From UHGV virus genome UHGV-0183637: a DNA stretch of 36,660 bases. One strand, written 5' to 3'. The DNA is from a virus. The position numbers and the translations under genes are program-made. Of the stretch, positions 15,606 through 24,839 are shown piece after piece (position 1 is the first letter of the stretch; every line of letters begins with the position of its first letter). The notes below the pieces were generated by a model, which saw nothing but the letters and a program-made list of their open reading frames with translations, made no database searches and was not told where the DNA came from.

Positions 15606-17246
15606 GTGGCAAAACGTAAACTTTCCATTAAAGAGTTTCAGAGAAGCTTACAGGAGTACATCGCCAACCTCCGCCAGACCATTGAGGCTGAATGTCTGGG
15701 GTTCGATGTTAACCCGCAGGCCACACAGGCCCGCCGGGCGGCAGTCTGCGACCCGGTGACGGGCTACGATTATTTTGTCGAAAACTATTTCCCGCACTAC
15801 GTCCGCAACCCGGCAAAAAGCGAGCTGCATAAATACCTGTTCATCCGTCTGCCACAGGTTGTGGCAAGCCCGGACCCGGAGAACGACGCCATCGCCGCCC
15901 CCCGTGGTGAAGCAAAATCCACGCTGGTGACTCAGTTGTTTACCCTGTGGACCATTATCCGGGGTATTAAGCATTATCCGGTCATCATTATGGACAGTAT
16001 CGACCAGGCTTATCCGATGCTGGAAGCCATCAAGGCTGAACTGGAATTTAACCCCCGTTTAAAAAACGATTTCCCGGAAGTGTGCGGGCAGGGTCGCGTC
16101 TGGCGTATGGGGACCATCGTCACGGCCAACAATATCAAGGTGACGGTTGCCGGTAGTGGTAAAAAGCTGCGTGGCCTGCGCCACGGTCCGTACCGTCCTG
16201 ACCTGGTCATCCTCGACGACATCGAGAACGACGAGATGGTGCGTAACCCGGAGCAGCGCGACAAGCTGCATGACTGGCTCACCAAAACCGTGATGCCGCT
16301 GGGTGAGGCTGGCGGTAAAACCGATATTATTTATATCGGGACCATTCTGCATTACGACTCCGTACTGTCGCGCACACTCAATAACCCGATGTGGAAAACA
16401 GCCCGCTTTAAGGCCGTTATTCAGTGGCCTGCCAATATGAAGCTGTGGGACGAGTGGGAAGAACTCATCCGCAACAAACAGCCGGAAGCGGCGGAGGCAC
16501 TTTACCGGCAGAACGAAGCCGAGATGCTCGCCGGGTCGGTGGTGTCATGGGCGGCGCGCCCCCTGCTGGCACTGATGAAAATCCGTGTCCGTGACGGTCA
16601 CGACACCTTTGATTCTGAATACCAGAACGACCCGGTCAGCGGTGAAGACGCGCTGTTTGCGGGCTGCATTAAGTTCTGGGTTAACCGTCTTGATGAATGG
16701 GTGTTCTACGGCGCTGTTGACCCCAGTCTCGGGAAGAAGAATAAAAACCGCGACCCGTCGGCCATTCTCGTGGGGGGCTTTAACCGTTTTACCGGCATTC
16801 TGGATGTGGTTGAAGCCGATATCCGCCGACGTCTGCCGAATAAACTTATTGAAGACGTGATTAAGTATCAGCGGGAATACCACTGTCTGTGCTGGTCGTT
16901 TGAGTCCGTTCAGTTTCAGGAGTTTCTGCGTACCGTGCTGGTTGAGCGTTCGGCGGCGCTGGGCGTGCCGGTTCCGGCGCTGCCGGTCATCCCGCTGGAG
17001 GATAAGGCGCTGCGCATTGAGTCCCTTCAGCCGCATATGGCCAATGGCCTGATTCGTATCAGCCACACACATCAGACGCTGATTGACCAGCTGCGCCACT
17101 ACCCCAAAGCCGACCACGATGATGGCCCGGACTGTCTGCACATGCTGTGGACACTGGCGGTGTCGCGCAGCGCAAAATTTCAGATACACACCCCACGCAG
17201 CACCGGGCGTGACTGTGGCGGACGTTTTGGTTCAGGAGGATGGTAA
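15606..17246 (+). CDS. Terminase large subunit (Mu gp28-like)
   Basis: About 547 aa; GTG at 15606 after AGGTG (track TTG start 15588); size and position upstream of the portal gene; acidic motifs (LVILDDIEND) consistent with an ATPase/nuclease. Confidence 0.8.
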   Translation: MAKRKLSIKEFQRSLQEYIANLRQTIEAECLGFDVNPQATQARRAAVCDPVTGYDYFVENYFPHYVRNPAKSELHKYLFIRLPQVVASPDPENDAIAAPRGEAKSTLVTQLFTLWTIIRGIKHYPVIIMDSIDQAYPMLEAIKAELEFNPRLKNDFPEVCGQGRVWRMGTIVTANNIKVTVAGSGKKLRGLRHGPYRPDLVILDDIENDEMVRNPEQRDKLHDWLTKTVMPLGEAGGKTDIIYIGTILHYDSVLSRTLNNPMWKTARFKAVIQWPANMKLWDEWEELIRNKQPEAAEALYRQNEAEMLAGSVVSWAARPLLALMKIRVRDGHDTFDSEYQNDPVSGEDALFAGCIKFWVNRLDEWVFYGAVDPSLGKKNKNRDPSAILVGGFNRFTGILDVVEADIRRRLPNKLIEDVIKYQREYHCLCWSFESVQFQEFLRTVLVERSAALGVPVPALPVIPLEDKALRIESLQPHMANGLIRISHTHQTLIDQLRHYPKADHDDGPDCLHMLWTLAVSRSAKFQIHTPRSTGRDCGGRFGSGGW

Positions 17247-17249
17247 TTA

Positions 17250-18845
17250 ATGGCACAGCTTGTTGATATTTACGGACGCCCGCTGAAACGTGAGGCACTC
17301 AAAACCACGCAGTCGGTCAGAGTGGCGGAACGGCTGCGCATTTATCCAGACCACCCGTCGCGTGGTCTGAACATCAGAAAACTGCCGCGCATTCTGGAAG
17401 CTGCCGAACGCGGTTATCTTCCGGCGCAGGCGATGCTGTTTGCGGATATGGAAGAACGTGATGGCCATCTGTTCGCTGAAATGGAAAAGCGCAAAAAAGC
17501 GTTGCTGACGCTGGACTGGTCGGTGGAGCCGCCCCGCAATGCCTCGAAGGCAGAAAAGGAGCTGGCTGCCGCCGTGGATGAATGGCTGCACGGCATCCCG
17601 GACATGGAGGACATCATCCTCAACGGGATGAGCAGTGTCGGTTATGGCTTCAGTTGTCAGGAAATCAGCTGGGCGTTCGTGGATAAAACGTGGTTACCGG
17701 ATGCGGTGACGCTGCGACCGCATAACTGGTTTATTACCCTGCCGGAACACAATGACGAACTCCGGCTGGATGACGGCAATCGTGGGGAAGATGGTAAAGA
17801 CGGTTCCGCGCTGTGGCCGTTCGGCTGGCTGGTTCACCGTTACAACGCCCGGTCGGGGTTCCTGGGTTCGTCTGGTCTGTTTCGTGTACTGGTCTGGCCG
17901 TATCTGTTCAAAAACTTTGCGCTGCGTGATATGGCAGAATTTCTGGAGATTTACGGTCTTCCGGCGCGCATTGCTTACTATGCACAGGGCACCAGTGACG
18001 AGGACCGGGACAACATTCTTGAGGCGCTGGTCAATCTGGGGCATGAAGCGGTGGCAGCCCTGCCGCAGGGTAACGAAATTGAGTTCAAGGAGGCCGCATC
18101 CGGCGGACCGGAGGCGTTCATGTCGATGGTGGAATGGGCAGAGCGTACCACCTCAAAAGTGATTCTGGGCAGTACGCTGACCAGCCAGGCCGACGGTAAA
18201 ACCTCCACCAACGCGCTGGGTAATGTGCATAACGAGGTCAGGCACGACATTCTGGCCGCCGATGCGCGCCAGCTGTCCGGCATGTTCAGCAGCCTGATAC
18301 AGATGATGGCCAGCCTGAACGGCTGGCAGGATATCCCGCCACGCCGTCTGCCGCGTCTGGTGTTTGATGTGCAGCAGGAGGCCGACATTAAGGGCGTGGC
18401 GGAAGCCGTCAGCGTGCTGGTCAACAATGTGGGAATGAAGGATATCCCGGTGTCGTGGGTACGCAAAAAAACCGGTATCCCCACACCGAAAGACGGCGAA
18501 GAGGTACTGGTGCCGGTGGCACAGCGTCTCCCTGTGCAGGCGGGCCTCAGCCAGCTGCGTGAGCGGCTGAATGTTGCCGCGCTCAGTCAGCAGGACAACG
18601 GGGAGGACGACCCGGCACAGCGCGCCATCGACCGGGCAGAGCTTCCGGCAGAGGCCATCGCGCAGGGGATGAACGAACTGGTGGCCCCACTGGTGCAGGC
18701 CATACAGGAAGGCCGGGATGCAGACGAGGCCATGAACGTACTGGCGGAAGCCTGGCCGGAGCTGCCGGATGACACGCTGCGGCAGTTGCTGACGCAGGCA
18801 TTCTTTGTGGCGGATATCTGGGGGCGACTGAATGCCGACAGCTGA
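17250..18845 (+). CDS. Portal protein (Mu gp29-like)
   Basis: 531 aa directly after the terminase gene and before the F-like head morphogenesis gene. Confidence 0.8.
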   Translation: MAQLVDIYGRPLKREALKTTQSVRVAERLRIYPDHPSRGLNIRKLPRILEAAERGYLPAQAMLFADMEERDGHLFAEMEKRKKALLTLDWSVEPPRNASKAEKELAAAVDEWLHGIPDMEDIILNGMSSVGYGFSCQEISWAFVDKTWLPDAVTLRPHNWFITLPEHNDELRLDDGNRGEDGKDGSALWPFGWLVHRYNARSGFLGSSGLFRVLVWPYLFKNFALRDMAEFLEIYGLPARIAYYAQGTSDEDRDNILEALVNLGHEAVAALPQGNEIEFKEAASGGPEAFMSMVEWAERTTSKVILGSTLTSQADGKTSTNALGNVHNEVRHDILAADARQLSGMFSSLIQMMASLNGWQDIPPRRLPRLVFDVQQEADIKGVAEAVSVLVNNVGMKDIPVSWVRKKTGIPTPKDGEEVLVPVAQRLPVQAGLSQLRERLNVAALSQQDNGEDDPAQRAIDRAELPAEAIAQGMNELVAPLVQAIQEGRDADEAMNVLAEAWPELPDDTLRQLLTQAFFVADIWGRLNADS

Positions 18846-19998
18846 CGATGTTGACCTGGGTTATGCGTACACCCTGAAACCGGAAGAAGCGATTAAGTAT
18901 TTCGAAAGCAAGGGATACGTTATCGGCTTCCGCTGGCACGATGTGAAGGACATCGCACACGCCCGGGCGTTCACGGTGGCGGGCGTGCTGAAACTGGATG
19001 TGCTGAAGGATATCCGTGATGGCCTGACGGCGGCACTGGCTGACGGCGGGACGTTCCGGGAGTTTGCTGCACAACTGGAGCCACTGCTGGAATCAAAAGG
19101 CTGGCTGGGTAAACGGCTGATTGTGGACGAGGACACCGGCGAACTGCACGGCAGGCAGCTGATGCCGCGCCGGTTACGCACGATATTTGATACCAACATT
19201 CAGTCGTCATATAACGCCGGGCGTTATCAGCAGCAGATGGCGAACGTGGCCGACCGGCCTTATTTTGAGCGCGTGGCAGTGATGGACCTTCACACCCGCC
19301 CGAAACACGCCGCCCTGAACGGTTTTACCGCCCGGGCGGATGACCCGCTCTGGACGTATTTCTACGCGCCGGACGGATACGGATGCCGCTGCCGTATCCG
19401 GGCGCGTTCGGCGTCTGATGTGGAGAAATACGGCCTGACGGTGCAGAGCAGCGAGGGGCGACTGGTTGAGGTTGAGCAGGAATATGGCCAGCCAGGCCAG
19501 ACCATCAGAACAATGGGGCTGAAGATGCCGGACGGCTCCGTGTATACCGCTGACCCGGGCTTCGGTTTTAACCCCGGCAAAGTGGCATGGCAGCCGGAAC
19601 TGGAAAAATACGATTACCGCAGCGCCCGCCAGTATGTCACCGGCACCCTGACCGGGCCGGACTTTGCCCGGGGGCTGGCGAACGTCAGCGAACTGGATGC
19701 GCGCCAGCGGTATCCACTGGCCATCCGTTCGCCGGAACAGGTCGCCGCCACGGGCGCTGCACGACAGACGGTAAACCTTACGGCTGACGTCATGAAGCGC
19801 CTCAGTGCAACAGACACGCCCCCGACCGCCGCCGACTATGTGCTGATGCAGCAGACCATCGAACGGGCGGAGCATGTCACGCAGGACGGCAACGCGTGGC
19901 GATATGCGTTACAGTCGGGCGACAGCTGGTCAGTGGCGACGGTTGAGGATGACGTGCTGACAGACTGGGTTATGCAGGACACCCCGGAGGCATCATGA
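18832..19998 (+). CDS. Head morphogenesis protein (Mu F / gp30-like)
   Basis: 388 aa; overlaps the portal stop; position and size match Mu F. Confidence 0.8.
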   Translation: MPTADDVDLGYAYTLKPEEAIKYFESKGYVIGFRWHDVKDIAHARAFTVAGVLKLDVLKDIRDGLTAALADGGTFREFAAQLEPLLESKGWLGKRLIVDEDTGELHGRQLMPRRLRTIFDTNIQSSYNAGRYQQQMANVADRPYFERVAVMDLHTRPKHAALNGFTARADDPLWTYFYAPDGYGCRCRIRARSASDVEKYGLTVQSSEGRLVEVEQEYGQPGQTIRTMGLKMPDGSVYTADPGFGFNPGKVAWQPELEKYDYRSARQYVTGTLTGPDFARGLANVSELDARQRYPLAIRSPEQVAATGAARQTVNLTADVMKRLSATDTPPTAADYVLMQQTIERAEHVTQDGNAWRYALQSGDSWSVATVEDDVLTDWVMQDTPEAS

Positions 19999-20546
19999 GC
20001 AGCGGTAAACTGGATATTAAGATTGATTTAAGCGCGTATAACACCACGCTGGGGAAACTGATTAGTTCCGTGAAGGACCGGCGCGACCTGATGACGGCGC
20101 TTGCAGGCTCCATGCTGGATGCGGTTGAGACTAACTTTGAACAACAGGGTCGCCCGAAATGGATGGGCTGGAGTCCGGCTTATGCGAAGCGACGCGGCCC
20201 CGGGCAAATCCTTCAGAAGTCCGGGCGACTGGCTGCCAGTATCCGCTCTGCGGTTAACAATAACGAAGCCACGGTCGGGACAAACGTCCGTTATGCCCGT
20301 ATCCACAACGAAGGCGGCGAAATCCGCCATCAGGCACGGACGCAGAACCTGTATTTTAAACAGTACAAAAACGGCAGCGTCAGCAGCCGTTTTGTGAAAA
20401 AGCGCAACAGTAATTTTGTGCAGAGCGCAACGGTCGGAGCGTATACAGTCAACATGCCCGCGCGTCCCTTCCTTCAGCTTGTGCAGGACGACATCGACGA
20501 GCTGGAGAACACCGCAAACCGCTATTTTGCGCGTGTGATTGACTGA
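19995..20546 (+). CDS. Virion morphogenesis protein (Mu G-like)
   Basis: 183 aa; ATGA overlap with the F-like gene; Mu G position. Confidence 0.75.
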   Translation: MSSGKLDIKIDLSAYNTTLGKLISSVKDRRDLMTALAGSMLDAVETNFEQQGRPKWMGWSPAYAKRRGPGQILQKSGRLAASIRSAVNNNEATVGTNVRYARIHNEGGEIRHQARTQNLYFKQYKNGSVSSRFVKKRNSNFVQSATVGAYTVNMPARPFLQLVQDDIDELENTANRYFARVID

Positions 20547-20701
20547 ATGACCAGAAACGCGCTGTAATCGCCTGTGACAACATAAACGCCTCACGGATGA
20601 GGCATAACAGCACTGCACCCCGTAAATGCTGTCAGAATCGTTTTTAAAAGGGTTTTAAAAACGGTTTTATTTCCCCTTTTATCCTTTCGCGTTATGGCAG
20701 G

Positions 20702-20714
20702 GTGCTGAACACCC
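20702..20714 (+). promoter_or_regulatory. Conserved 13-mer GTGCTGAACACCC, copy B (putative late promoter upstream of the protease/scaffold gene)
   Basis: Exact 13-mer in a 200-bp intergenic gap inside the otherwise compact head operon, 33 bp upstream of ATG 20747. Confidence 0.5.
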
Positions 20715-20746
20715 TCCACAGTACCCCGTGCTCCCCTTCCGTCATC

Positions 20747-21871
20747 ATGCCGCGTATGAAGATGAACATTGCGGCATTAAGCCTCGAAATCACCAAAGCA
20801 ACCCACAGCGAAATCCAGCTGTTTCCGGCAGGCGAGTTCAGCGCAGTGGATGGTCGCCCACATACCGATGAAGTCGAAAGCGGTAAATGGGTGCTGACTG
20901 CCGAACTGGCCGCGCAGCTTGTCGCACAGGTGGCAGCCCGTACCACGCCTTTTGTCATTGATTACGAACATCAGACGCTGCGCGCCGTAAACAACGGCAA
21001 GCCCGCCCCGGCGGCGGGCTGGTTCAGCCAGGTGGAATGGCGTGAAGGTGTGGGCCTGTATGCCATCGGTGTGGAGTGGACGGAGAACGCGGCGGCCATG
21101 ATTGCCGCCGGTGAGTACAAATTTATTTCCCCTGTTTTTGCCTACAACAAGCGCGGCGAAGTGCTGGAGCTGTTACATGCTGCGCTGACCAATACCCCGG
21201 CGCTGGACGGTATGGACGCGGTCATGCTGGCTGCGGCCAGTCGTCTGGCGAGTCTGTCAACTGAAACGGAGACCACAACGGTGGATGAAGAACTGTTAAA
21301 CAATTTGCTTTCCGACCTGCGCTGGATGCTTAACCTCCCGGTGACCTCAACGGCGGAAGATATCAAAAACGAGCTGCAAAAGGTCGTTGACATGATTTCG
21401 AACGGTCAGGGAACGGCGGCGGCATCCGTCAGCCTGCTGGCCCTGCTGAATCAGAAAGACGAGCAAATCGCCAGCCTGTCAGCAAATGCCTATGACCCGA
21501 CGAAGCATATCCCTCTGACGGCATATGAAGAACTTCAGGGGCGTTATGCCGCACTGGCGCAACAGTCCGGTGAGGCCGAAGCCGGGGCACTGATTCAGGC
21601 GGCGCTGTCTGACGGACGCCTGCTTCCGGTACAGGAAGACTGGGCGAAAGATTACGCCAGCCGCGATATCAACGGTTTTAAAACATGGCTGGAAAAAGCG
21701 CCGAAAATTGACGCGCTCAGTCAGACCCAGACCGGCGGCAAGCCACCCAAAACGCCGTCGCCTGCCCCGGCGCAGATTAAAACCGGCGATGACGTCGATG
21801 TCGATATCGCCATTTGTTCAATGATGGGCGTCGATCCAGAGGATGTCGCCCGTTACGCAGGAGACGAGTAA
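20747..21871 (+). CDS. Head maturation protease/scaffold protein (Mu I-like)
   Basis: ATG at 20747 (the track's GTG at 20702 lies inside the promoter-like 13-mer); about 374 aa; position between G-like and major head genes. Confidence 0.75.
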   Translation: MPRMKMNIAALSLEITKATHSEIQLFPAGEFSAVDGRPHTDEVESGKWVLTAELAAQLVAQVAARTTPFVIDYEHQTLRAVNNGKPAPAAGWFSQVEWREGVGLYAIGVEWTENAAAMIAAGEYKFISPVFAYNKRGEVLELLHAALTNTPALDGMDAVMLAAASRLASLSTETETTTVDEELLNNLLSDLRWMLNLPVTSTAEDIKNELQKVVDMISNGQGTAAASVSLLALLNQKDEQIASLSANAYDPTKHIPLTAYEELQGRYAALAQQSGEAEAGALIQAALSDGRLLPVQEDWAKDYASRDINGFKTWLEKAPKIDALSQTQTGGKPPKTPSPAPAQIKTGDDVDVDIAICSMMGVDPEDVARYAGDE

Positions 21872-22267
21872 ATGGATCGCAATACCCCCTACCGTGACGG
21901 CGAACTGAATCCGGTGCCGGTTGCCGCTACGACCGAAATTTTTGGTGGTCATATGGTGGCCGTTAACGCATCCGGTTATGCCGTTCCGGCCAGTGCCACG
22001 GCCTCACAGATTACGCTGGGCGTGTCTGATGGCTGGGTGGATAACAGCAAGGGCAGCAATGGCGACGCCACCGTTCTGGTGCGTTGTGGCAAAGCCTTTC
22101 TGATGGCGAACAGTACCTCAGACCCGGTCACGCAATCGCAGGTTGGTCAGGAATGCTACGTGGAAGACAGCGTGACCGTGGCAAAAACCGACAACAGCAG
22201 CGCCCGTCCTGTCGCCGGGAAAGTGATCGGCATCGGTGACGATGGCGTCTGGATTCATTTCAGTTAA
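21872..22267 (+). CDS. Hypothetical head protein
   Basis: 131 aa between the I-like and major head genes. Confidence 0.6.
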   Translation: MDRNTPYRDGELNPVPVAATTEIFGGHMVAVNASGYAVPASATASQITLGVSDGWVDNSKGSNGDATVLVRCGKAFLMANSTSDPVTQSQVGQECYVEDSVTVAKTDNSSARPVAGKVIGIGDDGVWIHFS

Positions 22268-22277
22268 GGAGCAAAAC

Positions 22278-23186
22278 GTGTTAGTCAACGTTAAAAACGT
22301 CAAACAGATTTTTATCAATCTGAAGGCCACCTTCCAGAAAGCCTTCGACCAGTCACCAACTGACTGGCAGAAGGTGGCAATGGAAGTGCCATCAAACGGC
22401 AAGGAGAACGACTACAGCTGGTTAAGTCGTTTCCCGAAAATGCGCGAGTGGATTGGTGACAAGGTCGTCAAATCACTGGCGGCATTTAACTACACCATCC
22501 GTAACAAGGACTGGGAAGCCACGGTTGAAGTCGATCGTAACGACATCGAGGACGACCAGATTATGGGCTATGCCCTTCAGGCAAAAGGCGCCGGACAGTC
22601 GGCGGCAGAACTCCCGGCAGATATTGTGGCGTCCCTTATCAGTAACGGTTTTACCAATCCCTGTTACGACGGTCAGATGTTCTTTGATACCGACCACCTG
22701 GTCGCCGGTAAATCGGTGTCCAACAAAGGTACCAAAAAACTCAAAGTTGGCTCGCTTGCCGAGGCGAAAGCCTCCTACGGTGCCGCCCGTACGGCCATGC
22801 GTAGTCTGAAAGATGACGAAGGCGCATCCCTCAAAATTCGCCCGAATCTGCTGGTTGTGCCACCGGCGCTGGAGGATGACGCGAACTACCTGATGACCGC
22901 CGAGAAGTTCCCGGACGGCACGCCGAACCCGTACCGCAATACCGCCGAAGTGCTGGTGATGCCGGAGCTGGCGTCGGATTCTGCGTGGTTCCTGTTTGAC
23001 ACCACCAAACCGGTGAAACCGCTGATTTATCAGCTGCGTAAAAAGCCTGTTTTTGTGGAGCAGACGGACTACAACAGCGACAACGTGTTCAAGCGTAAGA
23101 AGTTCCTGTTTGGTGCCGAAGCGCGCTGTAACGGCGGTTACGGCTTCTGGCAGATGGCATTTGGTTCAGATGGTACGACGGAGTAA
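22278..23186 (+). CDS. Major head subunit (Mu T-like)
   Basis: GTG at 22278 after AAGGAG (track start 22236 is upstream in frame); about 302 aa; position and size of Mu T. Confidence 0.8.
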   Translation: MLVNVKNVKQIFINLKATFQKAFDQSPTDWQKVAMEVPSNGKENDYSWLSRFPKMREWIGDKVVKSLAAFNYTIRNKDWEATVEVDRNDIEDDQIMGYALQAKGAGQSAAELPADIVASLISNGFTNPCYDGQMFFDTDHLVAGKSVSNKGTKKLKVGSLAEAKASYGAARTAMRSLKDDEGASLKIRPNLLVVPPALEDDANYLMTAEKFPDGTPNPYRNTAEVLVMPELASDSAWFLFDTTKPVKPLIYQLRKKPVFVEQTDYNSDNVFKRKKFLFGAEARCNGGYGFWQMAFGSDGTTE

Positions 23187-23189
23187 TGC

Positions 23190-23531
23190 ATGGAAAAGGT
23201 GATTGAAATTACCGCCCGCCGTGAGGGTTTTCGCCGCTGCGGTGTGGCACACAGCGCAACCACGAAGGCATGGCCTGCGGATGCGTTCACCCCGGAACAG
23301 CTGGCGGTGCTGAAGGCTGACCCCATGCTGATTGTGGTGGAGCGTGATAAAGCGTCCGGCCAGAACGACGCGGACCAAAGTGATGAACTGGTCGCACAAC
23401 TGGATGCCGAACGCCAGAAAGTCAGCGAACTGACGGCGCAACTGGAAGAAGAACGCCAGAAAGTCAGTGAACTGACCGCACAGCTGAACGCCGCACAGAA
23501 AACACAAAAAGCGGACAAAAAGGAGAAGTAA
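23190..23531 (+). CDS. Hypothetical head-associated protein with coiled-coil C-terminus
   Basis: 113 aa; C-terminal half contains a tandemly duplicated 14-aa unit ERQKVSELTAQL(EE/NA). Confidence 0.6.
   Translation: MEKVIEITARREGFRRCGVAHSATTKAWPADAFTPEQLAVLKADPMLIVVERDKASGQNDADQSDELVAQLDAERQKVSELTAQLEEERQKVSELTAQLNAAQKTQKADKKEK
23409..23492 (+). repeat. Tandem direct duplication, 2 x 42 bp, inside a coding sequence
   Basis: GAACGCCAGAAAGTCAG(C/T)GAACTGAC(G/C)GC(G/A)CA(A/G)CTG... appears twice back to back with a few substitutions. Confidence 0.6.
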
Positions 23532-23534
23532 CCC

Positions 23535-23966
23535 ATGTCTTACGCCACACCGGAACAGTTCATCAGGGCGTTCAGTGAACGAGAGGCACGCACACTGACG
23601 GATGAAGACATGACGGGATTCATCGACGAAGAAAAGCTGGCCTCCGCGCTTGCGCGCGCCAGTGCCCAGATTGATGGCTATCTGGTGGGGCGTTACCGGA
23701 CCCCGTGGCCTGACAGCCCGGGGATTCTGGTGGGTTACTGCTGCGATATCGCCCGTTACCACCTGGCGACCGATTACCGTATCTGCTCAGAAGAAATTCA
23801 GATGCGCTACCGGGACGCCATCCGCTTTCTGGAGAAAGTCGCGGCAGGACAAATCAACCTCGGGCGGGATACGTCCGGCAGCGTGATCCAGTCATCGTCA
23901 CAGGTGCGTATCCGCTCCGGCTCCCGTCAGTTCGGGCGTGAGTCCACGCGGGGAGGTGCATTCTGA
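23535..23966 (+). CDS. Mu gp36-like protein (DUF1320)
   Basis: 143 aa; position after the major head gene; resembles the gp36 family (from memory). Confidence 0.65.
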   Translation: MSYATPEQFIRAFSEREARTLTDEDMTGFIDEEKLASALARASAQIDGYLVGRYRTPWPDSPGILVGYCCDIARYHLATDYRICSEEIQMRYRDAIRFLEKVAAGQINLGRDTSGSVIQSSSQVRIRSGSRQFGRESTRGGAF

Positions 23967-24616
23967 TTACTGACATTGAACGGGCGCTGGTTGAGCGTCT
24001 GCGCTGTGGTCTGGGGCATATGGTGCAGGATGTCCGCACCTATGCCGGTGAACTGGATGAAGACCCGGGCCGGATTGTTCGCAGCCTTCCGGCAGCCTGG
24101 GTGACGTTCGGCGGCATCGTGAAAACCGAACGCTATTCCACGTCACGCCGGAAATACATTGCCACCGGACGCTTTGTGGTTGTGGTGGGTGATTACAACA
24201 CCCGCAGCGAACAGAGCGCCAGACAGGGAGGCACCGTCCGGGATGAGGTCGGTACAAACCTGCTGGTTGAATCCGTCCGTCGCCTGCTGACCGGTCAGGA
24301 TTTGGGGCTGGAGATTGATTATTTCGAACCCGGGCGGGTCAGGACGCTGTTTAACACCGGCGTGGCAGAGCGGGCAATGTCCGTGTTTGCCTGTGAGTTC
24401 GATACCCGCTGGGTGGAGCACGCGCTGGAGAATGGCAAATGGCCGGAGCGCGGCGCAGAAGCGGATCGTCTCTTCAACCGCTACCACGGCAGGCTGTCAG
24501 ACCCTGACCCGGAACTGCTGAACCTTGGCATCCGGTACCAGATGCAGGACAGCGACGCTGAAATATCAGGGCTGACTGAATTAAGAGAGCAACAGCATGA
24601 ACAAAATGAAGGTTAA
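23966..24616 (+). CDS. Mu gp37-like protein (DUF1834); start codon uncertain
   Basis: The track ORF starts at ATG 24020, but the frame is open and protein-like (ITDIERALVERLRCGLGH) back to the stop of the previous gene, with only ATT/CTG as possible starts there. Confidence 0.65.
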   Translation: MTDIERALVERLRCGLGHMVQDVRTYAGELDEDPGRIVRSLPAAWVTFGGIVKTERYSTSRRKYIATGRFVVVVGDYNTRSEQSARQGGTVRDEVGTNLLVESVRRLLTGQDLGLEIDYFEPGRVRTLFNTGVAERAMSVFACEFDTRWVEHALENGKWPERGAEADRLFNRYHGRLSDPDPELLNLGIRYQMQDSDAEISGLTELREQQHEQNEG

Positions 24617-24839
24617 GGCGGCTTCCGGGATGAAGTTCCCGATGGAGGATAACGCCCGGAAATACATCACCACGGAAGCGGTGACTGTTGAGAACACCGC
24701 TTATTACCGGCGCGCCGTTCAGGACGGTGACCTGATTCTGGTGAAGGATGAACCTGAAGCCACCGAGGTGGCTGAACAGGACGCCGTGCAGGTAAAAGCG
24801 AAGGCGAAGAAAGAGAAACAGGTGGGTTCCAATGAGTGA
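24597..24839 (+). CDS. Hypothetical small protein (Mu gp38 position)
   Basis: 80 aa immediately upstream of the sheath gene, overlapping it by 8 nt. Confidence 0.6.
   Translation: MNKMKVKAASGMKFPMEDNARKYITTEAVTVENTAYYRRAVQDGDLILVKDEPEATEVAEQDAVQVKAKAKKEKQVGSNE

Noticed and set aside
16545-19875. Long minus-strand ORFs within the terminase, portal and head genes (e.g. 16545..17189, 18583..19074, 19207..19875)
   Set aside because: Antisense to strongly supported structural genes in GC-rich sequence; Arg/Pro/Ala-rich compositions typical of antisense frames.
20702-20746. GTG start at 20702 for the I-like protein (track ORF 20702..21871)
   Set aside because: The GTG lies inside the conserved 13-mer promoter-like element; the ATG at 20747 is the more plausible start.
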